A stretch of 64,000 nucleotides of DNA from an uncultured Gammaproteobacteria bacterium (GCA_964411255.1 CAYPKD010000007.1:13344-77343), one strand, 5' to 3'. Positions 9,893 to 18,781 are shown, numbered from the stretch's first letter. Notes: generated by a model not told the origin, from the letters alone. Numbers and translations are program-made.

Positions 9893-10090
9893 ATGCCCAA
9901 GCTAAAAACCATTAAAGCAGTAAGTAAAAGAATTAAAATAACCAAAAAAGGTAAAGTTATTGTCCGAAAAGGCGGGCAAGATCATTTTAATTCTAGAGAA
10001 TCAGGAAAAACCATGCGTAATAAAAGACGAGATAAAAAACTTGCAAATGTAAATAAGAAGAATATTAAAACATTTATACCATATAACTAA
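9893..10090 (+). CDS. rpmI: 50S ribosomal protein L35
   Basis: MPKLKT.KAVSKRIKIT; infC-rpmI-rplT order; start moved to ATG 9893. Confidence 0.92.
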   Translation: MPKLKTIKAVSKRIKITKKGKVIVRKGGQDHFNSRESGKTMRNKRRDKKLANVNKKNIKTFIPYN

Positions 10091-10166
10091 TCATTGATCA
10101 TGGTCATGGAACATGGATCATATATCAAAACAATGCTTTTTGATCCATGATATGTGATTTAAAAAT

Positions 10167-10511
10167 ATGCCCAGAGTAAAACGAGGAACAACTCACCTAA
10201 AAAAAAGAAAGAAACTATTAAAACAAGCCAAAGGTTACAGGCATGGAAGAAAAAAATCAGTTAGACTGGCAAAGACTGCTGTTCTTAAAGCTGGGAAATA
10301 CGCTTATCGGGACAGACGAACGAAGAAAAGATCTGCTCGAAGATTATGGCAAGTTAAACTTAATGCTGCAGTTAGAAATTATGATATGAGTTATAGCCAA
10401 TTTATCTATAAACTAAAACAAAAGAAAATTGAGCTAGACAGAAAAGTACTGGCTGACATAGCTGAACATAATCCGAAAATTTTTGAAAAAATTATAAAAA
10501 GCTTAGCATAA
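10167..10511 (+). CDS. rplT: 50S ribosomal protein L20
   Basis: MPRVKRG, YAYRDRR, LDRKVLADIA. Confidence 0.97.
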   Translation: MPRVKRGTTHLKKRKKLLKQAKGYRHGRKKSVRLAKTAVLKAGKYAYRDRRTKKRSARRLWQVKLNAAVRNYDMSYSQFIYKLKQKKIELDRKVLADIAEHNPKIFEKIIKSLA

Positions 10512-10614
10512 CTTACTTTATAAAAAAATCAGCATAATTGCTGATTTTTTGATTGACAAAAATTTAAATTTATATAATTATATTAATGTACTCTAAGGGT
10601 AACAGGGGGACCTG

Positions 10615-10959
10615 ATGAATAAATCTGATTTTTTAACACGTAGGAAACTGCAAATATTAAGTCAGCTTAAAAACAGACCAAACCTAAAGAAATTTTTTGA
10701 TAAAAGAATAAAATATTTTTCACCTTCAACTCTGCAAAAGATTGTCAACTATGTCAATAAATTTCCTGGTGATATCCCCTATCACATCATACATAGAATT
10801 CTCAGCAAAATAATCAATAAAACAATCGCTGCTGATAATATTCCATTGCCTTTAGAAAGGATCTTAAAAAATCCTGACTGCACAGAAAAAGAAAAAATCA
10901 TGTCACAGCTTATTGTATTAGTTATATACCTCTTTTTCGAAAAAAAAATCGTTGCTTAA
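10615..10959 (+). CDS. hypothetical protein (own promoter; terminator overlaps the -IVA end)
   Basis: TTGACA..TATAAT upstream, GGGGG RBS, AAAATCGTTGCT..AGCAACGATTTT hairpin over the stop. Confidence 0.6.
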   Translation: MNKSDFLTRRKLQILSQLKNRPNLKKFFDKRIKYFSPSTLQKIVNYVNKFPGDIPYHIIHRILSKIINKTIAADNIPLPLERILKNPDCTEKEKIMSQLIVLVIYLFFEKKIVA

Positions 10960-10989
10960 CAAAGCAACGATTTTTATATATATAATTTA

Positions 10990-11700
10990 TTATGAAAATT
11001 TCAAATTTTTATACTGATCATACAAACCCTGAAATTCCTCTGATATTTCCAGCAAATTTTTTATTGCCTGTTTTTCTTCAGGCGAAGGATTACCAATATG
11101 GATATAAAAATCTCTGGCAATCCTTTTCTCCAATTTTTTTATTTGCCTGATATTTTTTCTAGGAGCAACCTTGATCACGGCCTTTCTGTTTCCCTGACTT
11201 TTGGGAAATAGCTTAAAATAATTTTTTTTATTTTTAGAAATCAGCCTTAATCTTCCCCTGCCTTTTATTTCAGCCTCTGCCAGCAAAAAGTATTTGTGTA
11301 GCGAAGGAAAATAATTTAAATGCATAAGTAGCCTTTCTGGGATTTTCTTTTTCTGTTTTTTAATATAGCGCACTAAATTATCTACCCTGTTTTGTTCTTT
11401 TTCCACATTTACCGCTTCCATCATTTCATTTAAAGACTGTTCTTCACGTTCACTCATACTCTCCATAAACTCTTTTGCCAAATCCTCCATGCTTTTTAAA
11501 GGCTTTTGTTTTGTTTGCTCAAGCTTTTCTTTATTCATTCGCAATTTTTTCAGCTCTACAGCAGCCTTTGGTTTTGATATTTCATTCTGCGCTGTTTCTT
11601 CAATAAAGTCACTTTTTTTCCCTGATCTTTTCCTAATTTTTTTTAAAATGCTTTCAATCAGCTTATCCTCAGCTGACTTTTTTGTTTTAGCATTGGGCAT
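10990..11700 (-). CDS. hypothetical Lys/Glu-rich protein
   Basis: Start reassigned to ATG 11700 (MPNAK), 4 nt after the upstream stop, which removes the overlap. Confidence 0.55.
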   Translation of the reverse strand: MPNAKTKKSAEDKLIESILKKIRKRSGKKSDFIEETAQNEISKPKAAVELKKLRMNKEKLEQTKQKPLKSMEDLAKEFMESMSEREEQSLNEMMEAVNVEKEQNRVDNLVRYIKKQKKKIPERLLMHLNYFPSLHKYFLLAEAEIKGRGRLRLISKNKKNYFKLFPKSQGNRKAVIKVAPRKNIRQIKKLEKRIARDFYIHIGNPSPEEKQAIKNLLEISEEFQGLYDQYKNLKFS

Positions 11701-11704
11701 AATA

Positions 11705-12454
11705 TTATTTTTTTGTTTTTGTCTTTTTAACTGGCTTTGCTCTTTGAGTAATATCTCCTGCCGGATATTCTCGAGTCTCTTCATCCTGAGAAGTAGTTGG
11801 TCCATGCCTGACTGTTCTATCATCAGTTATATCATCTCGAGTAATATCTTCTGAAGCAGGCACATCTTTTGATACATCAAAAGCTGATCTGGGAAATTCC
11901 ATTGTATCTACCTTGGAAAGTCTAGACAGGTCTATTTTTCCTTCTGCAGCTTCATTAACTTCTTTTTGAAGATCTGCGTCACTTTTGAACCATAAAGGCA
12001 TAAGCTCAAAATCTTTAATCTCTAAAAGTACTTTAGCTTCTTTTAGTTCATCTTTATCAAAATTATTAAGCTTATTTACTAAACCTCGAATAATTTCTAT
12101 ACTGGTAGTAACGGGTCCATGCCATTTTTCAATAATTTCCATTTGCTTTTTTACTTTTCTGGTAAATTTATCAAAATCAACCTGTAAAAGCATCAGCCTC
12201 AAGGATTCCAGGGCTTCTGATACATTATTATCGGTAAAATTTTTCACAAACCCCCGATAATGCGTCTGCCAATCAGTTCGTATTGCCTCAACTTCTTTTT
12301 CCTTATCAAAATCACGATCAGCCCTTTTTATCATTTTCTCCAATAGTTTATTTAATTTGTGAAATTCAACCTGAATTTGCTTTTTTATTTGTTCTGGGTT
12401 TTCCAATTTTTCAGTAGATTCCTGAAATTTGGATATATCTGGATTTATAACCAT
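11705..12454 (-). CDS. hypothetical protein
   Basis: 249-aa charged ORF. Confidence 0.6.
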   Translation of the reverse strand: MVINPDISKFQESTEKLENPEQIKKQIQVEFHKLNKLLEKMIKRADRDFDKEKEVEAIRTDWQTHYRGFVKNFTDNNVSEALESLRLMLLQVDFDKFTRKVKKQMEIIEKWHGPVTTSIEIIRGLVNKLNNFDKDELKEAKVLLEIKDFELMPLWFKSDADLQKEVNEAAEGKIDLSRLSKVDTMEFPRSAFDVSKDVPASEDITRDDITDDRTVRHGPTTSQDEETREYPAGDITQRAKPVKKTKTKK

Positions 12455-12517
12455 ATTTATTAAAATTAATGCTTTTATACATTATAACTTAATTTTATGA
12501 AAAATAACAAACTAATC

Positions 12518-12546
12518 TTGACTTTCTAAATAAAATAAGATATAAT
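12518..12546 (+). promoter_or_regulatory. sigma70 promoter of the tRNA locus
   Basis: TTGACT-17nt-TATAAT. Confidence 0.75.
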
Positions 12547-12586
12547 GTTAACGTCATTTTATTTATAAAACAAAATTTTGGTTGTT

Positions 12587-12870
12587 GGACCGGTGGTGTA
12601 GTTGGTTAATCCCGCACTAGAACTCCGTTCAGTGCGGGACAAGCACGCCGCACTGCCTGCCCCGCATTTTTGATAATTTTTCTTACTTATAAAATTCTGG
12701 CTGTTGGACCGGTGGTGTAGTTGGTTAACACGCCGCCCTGTCACGGCGGAGATCGCGGGTTCGAGTCCCGTCCGGTCCGCCAGCCAGAATTTTATATTTT
12801 AAATCCTTTTTCATCAAATAGTGCGGGGTCACGGCGGAGATCGCGGATTCGAGTCCCGTCCGGTCCGCCA
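12587..12870 (+). pseudogene. outer, interrupted tRNA-Asp copy (5' half 12587-12655 with a D-arm insertion; 3' half 12829-12870)
   Basis: Both halves match the intact tRNA-Asp except for two substitutions and two insertions (12610-12643, 12656-12828). Confidence 0.85.
12706..12782 (+). tRNA. tRNA-Asp(GTC)
   Basis: 77-nt cloverleaf GGACCGG/CCGGTCC, anticodon loop CTGTCAC, TTCGA T-loop, encoded CCA. Confidence 0.97.
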
Positions 12871-12959
12871 GCCAGAGTTTTGTTTTTTTGTACCTTTTTA
12901 AAAATGTTGTTATAATAAAAATACTTATATAATAATACTCTAATCAATAATAAAAACTT

Positions 12960-13235
12960 ATGAATCCAGCAGAAGCAATGCCAAAAGGAGAGGAATCTCC
13001 AATTGATAAATTCTGGGCTCTGCCAGAGGATAAGCAATTAGAAATAGCTGAACAAATCTTTGGTAAAAAAGACTTGGCAACCTTTGCTTATAACTGGGAC
13101 CAGGAACATGCGCCATTAGACTCTTATGAAAGGACAAAATTCGGCAAAGATTTACGAAGCGCTTTGCAATACATTAGGCAAAGAGAATTATTAAAAGACA
13201 AAACAAACAAACTGGAAGAGGCAATGTCAGAATAA
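12960..13235 (+). CDS. hypothetical protein
   Basis: 91-aa ORF followed by a bidirectional terminator (GCTGCCAA..TTGGCAGT). Confidence 0.55.
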   Translation: MNPAEAMPKGEESPIDKFWALPEDKQLEIAEQIFGKKDLATFAYNWDQEHAPLDSYERTKFGKDLRSALQYIRQRELLKDKTNKLEEAMSE

Positions 13236-13282
13236 AACTTCAAATTAAAAAGCTGCCAAAATGATTGGCAGTTTTTTAATTT

Positions 13283-13555
13283 TTAAACTTGTTCTGCAGT
13301 CTTTTCACCCACCTGTTCATCACAGCTAAGATCAACCAGGATACAAAAGATTAAGACTACATATCGCCAAGTGCCAAAATCTCCATTATTATAAACATAT
13401 GCGCACCAGAGTGTAGTCCATGGCATTAACAAAAATCCCATAAATGGCCAAAACCAGCCATCAAATGCTCTATCTGTATAGTCAGTAACCAACCATAAGA
13501 TAAAATAAACAAGTCTTGGTGAAATACTCAATAAAGCCACAATTGCAAACCACAT
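13283..13555 (-). CDS. small membrane protein
   Basis: AGGAGG RBS; W/F-rich TM segments (WPFMGFLLMPWTTL). Confidence 0.7.
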   Translation of the reverse strand: MWFAIVALLSISPRLVYFILWLVTDYTDRAFDGWFWPFMGFLLMPWTTLWCAYVYNNGDFGTWRYVVLIFCILVDLSCDEQVGEKTAEQV

Positions 13556-13651
13556 ATCTACCTCCTTAGCCTCCAGTGAAGTCTCATAAGTATATCAGAA
13601 AAAAATAGTTTGTCAATTAAAAACCACTGCTTGGCAGTGATTTGATTTTAT

Positions 13652-14758
13652 TTATTGTTGTCGTCGAATACCTTCCAGCATGCGAAAAGCTTTTTCCAGC
13701 ATCTCTGTCTGCTGATATGCCAAGCCTTGTTCCAAAGCTTTTGCCACAGGCACTGGTCTGACATTAAGCAAATCAGATTTTGATTTGATCAAATACTTCA
13801 AAGATCTGATGCTGCCATCATATATTGTCATAAAAGCCAGGCTTGATCCGCCCTGACTGCCAGCCAGATCTTCATCTGGTGTGCTAAACATATCAACAAA
13901 ATATAGATGAGCCGCCATTTTATCAATTTTTACCTGTGCTGGAATTGTATGATGAGTAATGATTTCCATTCTAATATTTGACTCTTCAAACAATTCTCTA
14001 CTAACTGAATCAATCGGACTTTCATAATCATCAATGCCACCACCAACGGTAGCCAGCATGTTTGCAAAATCTTTACCTGGCCGTCGATTGCCTAAAACAA
14101 CATTCCATTCAAATCCGTCAAAAACAAACATGAATACATCAACACATTGCCTGCCTGGTTCATAATTTACTTCTTTGCCCAGCACAGCATTGGTGATGGT
14201 ATAAAAGTCACCGCTATTAGCAATAAAAATCTTTGTACCTTCAGCAGCATATGTATTCCAAATCTCTACTTCATTATCACGGATTGCTTCACGCAGCCGG
14301 GTTGCACTAATGTCAATTGGATTTTTTACAATTTCACGTCCTACTTTTTCTAAATTATCGACTCTTTTGCCAAGAGCTTCAGTCACCCTGGGATTATCTG
14401 TAGCAATGGCATCAATTAAATCAAAATTCGGTATATTAAATACATATTCTCTCCAGGGCTCGTCCTGTTCAAAGTCAGGAATTGGCACAAAGATAAAGTC
14501 ATCAATTGGAATGCCTTCAAGCCGAAGCGATAAGGCCAGCATTGCCTGAACCTGAAAAACATGGATGGGATTATTTTTGTTCAAGGTATAGCATGACCCA
14601 TTACCAATCACTAATTTATAGCCTTTTTCCCAAAGGGCCTTTAAAAATGCAATATGTCCAATATGCGGCAGCTTTGCTCTACCTATCCATAAAACAATCT
14701 TGTGTTCTTGTTTTTTCCAGCCTTCAAGTATTTCAAATTTATCAATTGCTTGATTCAT
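13652..14758 (-). CDS. bifunctional NMN adenylyltransferase-like / Nudix hydrolase (NadM-Nudix type)
   Basis: PHIGH and ISATRLRE nucleotidyltransferase motifs; Nudix box GGGIDDYESPIDSVSRELFEES; AGGAGG RBS before ATG 14758. Confidence 0.8.
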   Translation of the reverse strand: MNQAIDKFEILEGWKKQEHKIVLWIGRAKLPHIGHIAFLKALWEKGYKLVIGNGSCYTLNKNNPIHVFQVQAMLALSLRLEGIPIDDFIFVPIPDFEQDEPWREYVFNIPNFDLIDAIATDNPRVTEALGKRVDNLEKVGREIVKNPIDISATRLREAIRDNEVEIWNTYAAEGTKIFIANSGDFYTITNAVLGKEVNYEPGRQCVDVFMFVFDGFEWNVVLGNRRPGKDFANMLATVGGGIDDYESPIDSVSRELFEESNIRMEIITHHTIPAQVKIDKMAAHLYFVDMFSTPDEDLAGSQGGSSLAFMTIYDGSIRSLKYLIKSKSDLLNVRPVPVAKALEQGLAYQQTEMLEKAFRMLEGIRRQQ

Positions 14759-14871
14759 TTTTTCCTCCTGCTTGAATTTGATGTCAAATAACAACATAAA
14801 ACAATAACGCTTTTAAAAACTTTTGTCAAATATATTTTAAAAATAAAATAGCCAGACTGATGAAGTCTGCG

Positions 14872-15072
14872 CTACTTGCCTGCTAGCAAAGTGATCAGCA
14901 AGTCTCGGTTTGCTGGCTCAACCAGCAAAAGCCGCAAGATCTGGCTGCGAAGCCAGAGCACATGGCTGATGAGAAATCGCAAAATTTGCTCATCTAAGTC
15001 ATAAATGACTACCATGCCATCTCGGACAACTACTACCTGGGTGTGCGTCTTTTCTGAAAAGTCCAAGTACAT
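14872..15072 (-). CDS. small hypothetical protein
   Basis: AAGGAGGT RBS, 66 aa, terminator-like hairpin downstream. Confidence 0.55.
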   Translation of the reverse strand: MYLDFSEKTHTQVVVVRDGMVVIYDLDEQILRFLISHVLWLRSQILRLLLVEPANRDLLITLLAGK

Positions 15073-15107
15073 TTTCTACCTCCTTATACCTGGGTTGCCG
15101 CACTGGA

Positions 15108-15175
15108 CACCACTCTCATCTCAACTTTTGTTCAGATGAAAGTGATGCCCTGAACAAATTTGCTAAGTTCAGGGA
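15108..15175 (-). repeat. double-hairpin intergenic motif, copy 1
   Basis: CCCTGAAC..GTTCAGGG + CATCACTTTCATCT..AGATGAGAGTGGTG on the minus strand. Confidence 0.75.
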
Positions 15176-15195
15176 AAATGAAAGCCTTGAGGGAA

Positions 15196-15456
15196 TTATC
15201 TAAAAAGAAAATTATAGAACTCTTCCCCCAAAATACCTCTCAACTCCTCGTCATCAGGACGCTGATCATAAACTGTGTTTCGGTGGCAACGTGGGCATGA
15301 TGACGGAGCCAAGGCATGGCCTACGCTCGGAATGATCCCAGAGGTGACTTCTCGTCCACATTGACCGCACTTCCAGACGATTTTATCTGCTTTGCAGTCA
15401 CATTTATGCAGAACAAGAGTCCATCTGGTCAATTGTCTTAGATAGTGTCTTCTCAT
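15196..15456 (-). CDS. small Zn-ribbon protein
   Basis: CGQC..CPRC; GGAG RBS before ATG 15456. Confidence 0.6.
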   Translation of the reverse strand: MRRHYLRQLTRWTLVLHKCDCKADKIVWKCGQCGREVTSGIIPSVGHALAPSSCPRCHRNTVYDQRPDDEELRGILGEEFYNFLFR

Positions 15457-15488
15457 TCGAATGCTCCAAAATTTCAAATGAATATTTC

Positions 15489-15555
15489 CACTACTCTCAT
15501 CTCAATTTGTATTAAGCTGAAGGTAGTGCCCTGAACCAAATGTTCAGTTCAGGGA
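15489..15555 (-). repeat. double-hairpin intergenic motif, copy 2
   Basis: CCCTGAAC..GTTCAGGG + CACTACCTTCAGCT..AGATGAGAGTAGTG on the minus strand. Confidence 0.75.
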
Positions 15556-15593
15556 TTGTTGCGAAACAATATTAATTATCCAGCGCTCCTTGC

Positions 15594-15998
15594 TTAGTTT
15601 GACATATGGGCAAGTACTGCTAAAGGCTTATCATCAGCAGCAACTGCCACACTGACAAAGTCAGCATCAGTCGCCTTAAAGGACAGAAATTCATCTTCAC
15701 CTTCATAGGATCTGAGCAGCTTCAAAGCCTCAACAGGCGATTTGGCACGAATCACTGCCATGCCATGAGAATCCTTTCTGATGAAAATCTGGGGAAGAAT
15801 GCGAGCATAAATTGATGCTGAGCTATCGGTGGTAAACTGCTGGTGTTTTCCATTCCCACGAATTTTCACCAAAAATCTGTCGCCAAACTGATGGACAACT
15901 CCAATGACTTTGTGGTGTACTGTCGTATCCTTGATCCCACAGCCTTCTGCCGCAGACATATCAAGGACCTGACCTACCTCAAAATGTTGATTCATCAT
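15594..15998 (-). CDS. hypothetical protein
   Basis: 134 aa, AGGAG RBS, operonic. Confidence 0.6.
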   Translation of the reverse strand: MMNQHFEVGQVLDMSAAEGCGIKDTTVHHKVIGVVHQFGDRFLVKIRGNGKHQQFTTDSSASIYARILPQIFIRKDSHGMAVIRAKSPVEALKLLRSYEGEDEFLSFKATDADFVSVAVAADDKPLAVLAHMSN

Positions 15999-16007
15999 TT
16001 CTTTCTC

Positions 16008-16226
16008 CTATCTGTACGCCCTTCGACTTGGTTTACGGTTGACCAGAAAGTGGACCAGCAGCCCGCCAAGACAGGATGCCAGCCAGATTGCAATAGAAAG
16101 TTCTGCGATCTGATGACCTGACAAACCATCAATATCAATGGTGATATCAAATAGCCAAGTCAACAAAAGCATCAGAATCAAAGCCACCAAAACTCCCCGG
16201 ATCGTTCCTTTTCTATTCCTTTTCAT
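16008..16226 (-). CDS. small two-TM membrane protein
   Basis: GGAGG RBS before MKRNRK; promoter TTGACT-17-TATAAT upstream. Confidence 0.6.
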   Translation of the reverse strand: MKRNRKGTIRGVLVALILMLLLTWLFDITIDIDGLSGHQIAELSIAIWLASCLGGLLVHFLVNRKPSRRAYR

Positions 16227-16362
16227 TATGCCTCCAAGTTGTGAAATACTTGTTATTATATCATAAATTGTTAAAAAAGTCAAGTATTTTACCTAAATTT
16301 ACCTTATATTTACCCTCTTTAAAATAAAAAAACACCTCAAAAAAGGCCTATTTATTTTTTTA

Positions 16363-16635
16363 CTATTTTATATATTCTTTATCAACTTTTGCTGTAACCA
16401 CAGGCATGTTAAATATTGTTCTACCTGAAATGACTGCTTTATCGTCATTTTTCCACTCTACACTGTATTTTATAATAAAATATTTCATTACAGATTGATC
16501 CATTTGTGTATCTACGATTTCAATCATTTTTTCATCATCTGGTGTAATTTCCCCATTATTAAGCTGCCAAGTGACTGCGCCACCGGTTAAAACCGTTAAA
16601 AGTGACATTCCTACAAATATAAGCCAACGAAACAT
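16363..16635 (-). CDS. hypothetical protein with N-terminal TM/signal peptide
   Basis: Probable start MFRWLIF. Confidence 0.5.
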   Translation of the reverse strand: MFRWLIFVGMSLLTVLTGGAVTWQLNNGEITPDDEKMIEIVDTQMDQSVMKYFIIKYSVEWKNDDKAVISGRTIFNMPVVTAKVDKEYIK

Positions 16636-16718
16636 AGATTTGAAAAAATAGAAATTTTTACTTGACAATTCTATACTTTCTTTATATAATATTTTCGACC
16701 ATATGGCAAGGAGGGGCC

Positions 16719-16991
16719 ATGTATACATTATGCGCTATTGATAAGCAAAATGAGCAATTCTTTGTAGACGGAATATTTTTAAATAAAAATGCCAGAGTAG
16801 TGGTTGATACTAGGGATCAGGATGTTTATCTTATTATTCTTGGTAAAGGATATGTAACCTGTTTTTCTGTTCGATTAGCCATTGCTGGCAGACATATTTT
16901 GCCTGGCTGGTCATTGAAGGATTGCATTGATATCTATTTTGCTTTTTTTCAGGATCATATTTTTCAACCAATGCAACAAAAGGCTTCATAA
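16719..16991 (+). CDS. hypothetical protein
   Basis: TTGACA-17-TATAAT promoter, AGGAGG RBS, terminator overlapping the stop. Confidence 0.55.
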   Translation: MYTLCAIDKQNEQFFVDGIFLNKNARVVVDTRDQDVYLIILGKGYVTCFSVRLAIAGRHILPGWSLKDCIDIYFAFFQDHIFQPMQQKAS

Positions 16992-17010
16992 CATAAAGCC
17001 TTTTTTTATT

Positions 17011-17877
17011 TTAAAAATCTTTTGCTAATTTTTCTATCTTTTTTTTCGCCTTCTTTTTTATTTCAGTTCGTTTGCTCTTTTTAATCGATAAAAATATTAT
17101 AAAAAATATTGATGCAATAATTAATATTCCACTAAACAATTGAGCCCAACGAATGCCAAAGACCAATGGACTATAATCAATTCTCAAAAATTCCATGTTA
17201 AATCTAATAATTGAATAGCCTATTAGATATGAAAAGAAAAAAATTCCATTTTTAATTTTAATGTCTTTTTTGAATTTCAGCCAGACCAATGCTAGCAAAA
17301 TTCCAAGCAATAAAACATTTAACAACGACTCGTATAAAAATGTTGGATGAAAATAATGATTGGATAAAAATTCAAATGGCCGGTTTGCTGGCAAAATTGG
17401 AATGCCCCAGGCTGCATCAGTTGGCTTGCCAAAAAGCTCCTGGTTAAAATAATTTCCCCATCTGCCAATAATTTGAGCAGTTACCAGGCCAATCACACTC
17501 AAATCAAAAAGTTTTAACCAGTTTATCTTTTTTATTCTGGCAAAAATAAAGGTTGCTAAAAACGCGCCAATCATAACGCCATGAACTGCTAAGCCTCCCT
17601 GCCAAACTTTAATAATTTCAATCGGATTATCTTTATAAAAAGCCCAGGCATAAATAACATAATAAATTCTACCGCCAATCAGCCCGCAGACTGCCCACCA
17701 AAATGCCAAATCAAAAAGTAAAGTCCGCCTGACCTTAAATTGCTTTGCCAAATACCAAGCCAATGTCAAACCCAGCAATCCGCCTATAACCATTAAAAAA
17801 CCATACCAGTGAATGCCAAATTTTCCAATTGAAAACAAAATTGGATCTGGAATGTGTGTGTGTAATAAATAAAACAT
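17011..17877 (-). CDS. lgt: prolipoprotein diacylglyceryl transferase
   Basis: IHWYG, WQGGLAVHG, GRWGNYFNQE, HPTFLYES. Confidence 0.96.
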   Translation of the reverse strand: MFYLLHTHIPDPILFSIGKFGIHWYGFLMVIGGLLGLTLAWYLAKQFKVRRTLLFDLAFWWAVCGLIGGRIYYVIYAWAFYKDNPIEIIKVWQGGLAVHGVMIGAFLATFIFARIKKINWLKLFDLSVIGLVTAQIIGRWGNYFNQELFGKPTDAAWGIPILPANRPFEFLSNHYFHPTFLYESLLNVLLLGILLALVWLKFKKDIKIKNGIFFFSYLIGYSIIRFNMEFLRIDYSPLVFGIRWAQLFSGILIIASIFFIIFLSIKKSKRTEIKKKAKKKIEKLAKDF

Positions 17878-17942
17878 ATTATTGATTTTAGCTTATAACA
17901 ATTATAGCAAAAAAAGAAAAAACTTCCTATATTTATAGGAAG

Positions 17943-18164
17943 TCATTTGATAGGCGGTAGATCAAATCCCAAATCTACATCCCTTGACGTTTGTGTTTCA
18001 GAAATATCTTGTGGATTGCTCGTTTGCCTGCCACATTCCAAGCATTTAAAAATTCCAGATACGACAGTGCTGCTGCCAATTATATCAGAACCTGAGGTAG
18101 CTGGGACGCATGAAGTGCATCCACAATATTTGCATTTAAAATTTTCAATCTTCTCCCGCATCAT
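17943..18164 (-). CDS. small Zn-ribbon hypothetical protein
   Basis: CKYC..CLEC; GGGG RBS before MMREK. Confidence 0.5.
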   Translation of the reverse strand: MMREKIENFKCKYCGCTSCVPATSGSDIIGSSTVVSGIFKCLECGRQTSNPQDISETQTSRDVDLGFDLPPIK

Positions 18165-18230
18165 TACCCCCACAGTACCAGTATTTATCTGACAAAACAA
18201 TTTTATCACAAAAAATATATTTTTCAAATT

Positions 18231-18380
18231 ATTACAGCATGTAGGCACGCAAACCGCGCGTGCCTACGTAGGGACAAGTCGCGACCTGTCCCTACATGGC
18301 GCGGAAATATTAAAGGATAGAACAATGTTCTGTCCCTACAAGCAATATCATTAAATTTAAACCGCGCCATATGCTGTAAT
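18231..18380. repeat. cluster of GTAG-type REP-like palindromes within an enclosing stem
   Basis: GTAGGCACGC..GCGTGCCTAC, GTAGGGACA..TGTCCCTAC and a third ..TTCTGTCCCTAC; outer stem ATTACAGCAT/ATGCTGTAAT. Confidence 0.75.
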
Positions 18381-18522
18381 CCCAAATCCCTGGTCTTGTA
18401 ATCTTGTACAAATAAATCCTCGGGTCAGAAAAGATCTTGTATCTTAATCATGTAATCTCGTATAAATAAATTCCCGGAAAAGATCTTGTACAAAAAAATC
18501 CCTGGACATTGCCAAGGATATG

Positions 18523-18729
18523 TTAATCTTGAAGTTTAGCCTCAAGCTGTAGGCCAAGGCTGTTATTTAATTTGCCAGAAAAAGCAACAAGACCATCAGA
18601 CCCAATGGGTGCTTTTTCCTCTATTCCAAATTTTTCATCATCTGATGGAATTGCCAAAGCTTCTTCAAATTGCGCTTGTGCATCCTGCGCATCAATTCGA
18701 GCCCGTTTACGTAGCAGTTCCTCCTTCAT
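18523..18729 (-). CDS. small hypothetical protein
   Basis: AGGAGG RBS, 68 aa, downstream of murF. Confidence 0.5.
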   Translation of the reverse strand: MKEELLRKRARIDAQDAQAQFEEALAIPSDDEKFGIEEKAPIGSDGLVAFSGKLNNSLGLQLEAKLQD

Positions 18730-18781
18730 TCCCCCTCCTTTCGTATGGGCTGCTTACAAAATTAAACTATCAAACAAATTA

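Noticed and set aside
11705-11823. Overlap or programmed frameshift between two minus-strand ORFs
   Set aside because: An ATG at 11700, just after the upstream stop, removes the overlap
12829-12870. tRNA 3' fragment as the attR site of an integrated element
   Set aside because: There is no integrase, the fragment is only 46 nt from the intact tRNA, and a matching 5' half lies upstream; nesting explains it better
12559-13037. Short ORFs over the tRNA locus
   Set aside because: They overlap tRNA sequence and are spurious
18383-18506. Possible CRISPR array
   Set aside because: Repeats are short and irregular, with no constant-length unique spacers and no cas genes
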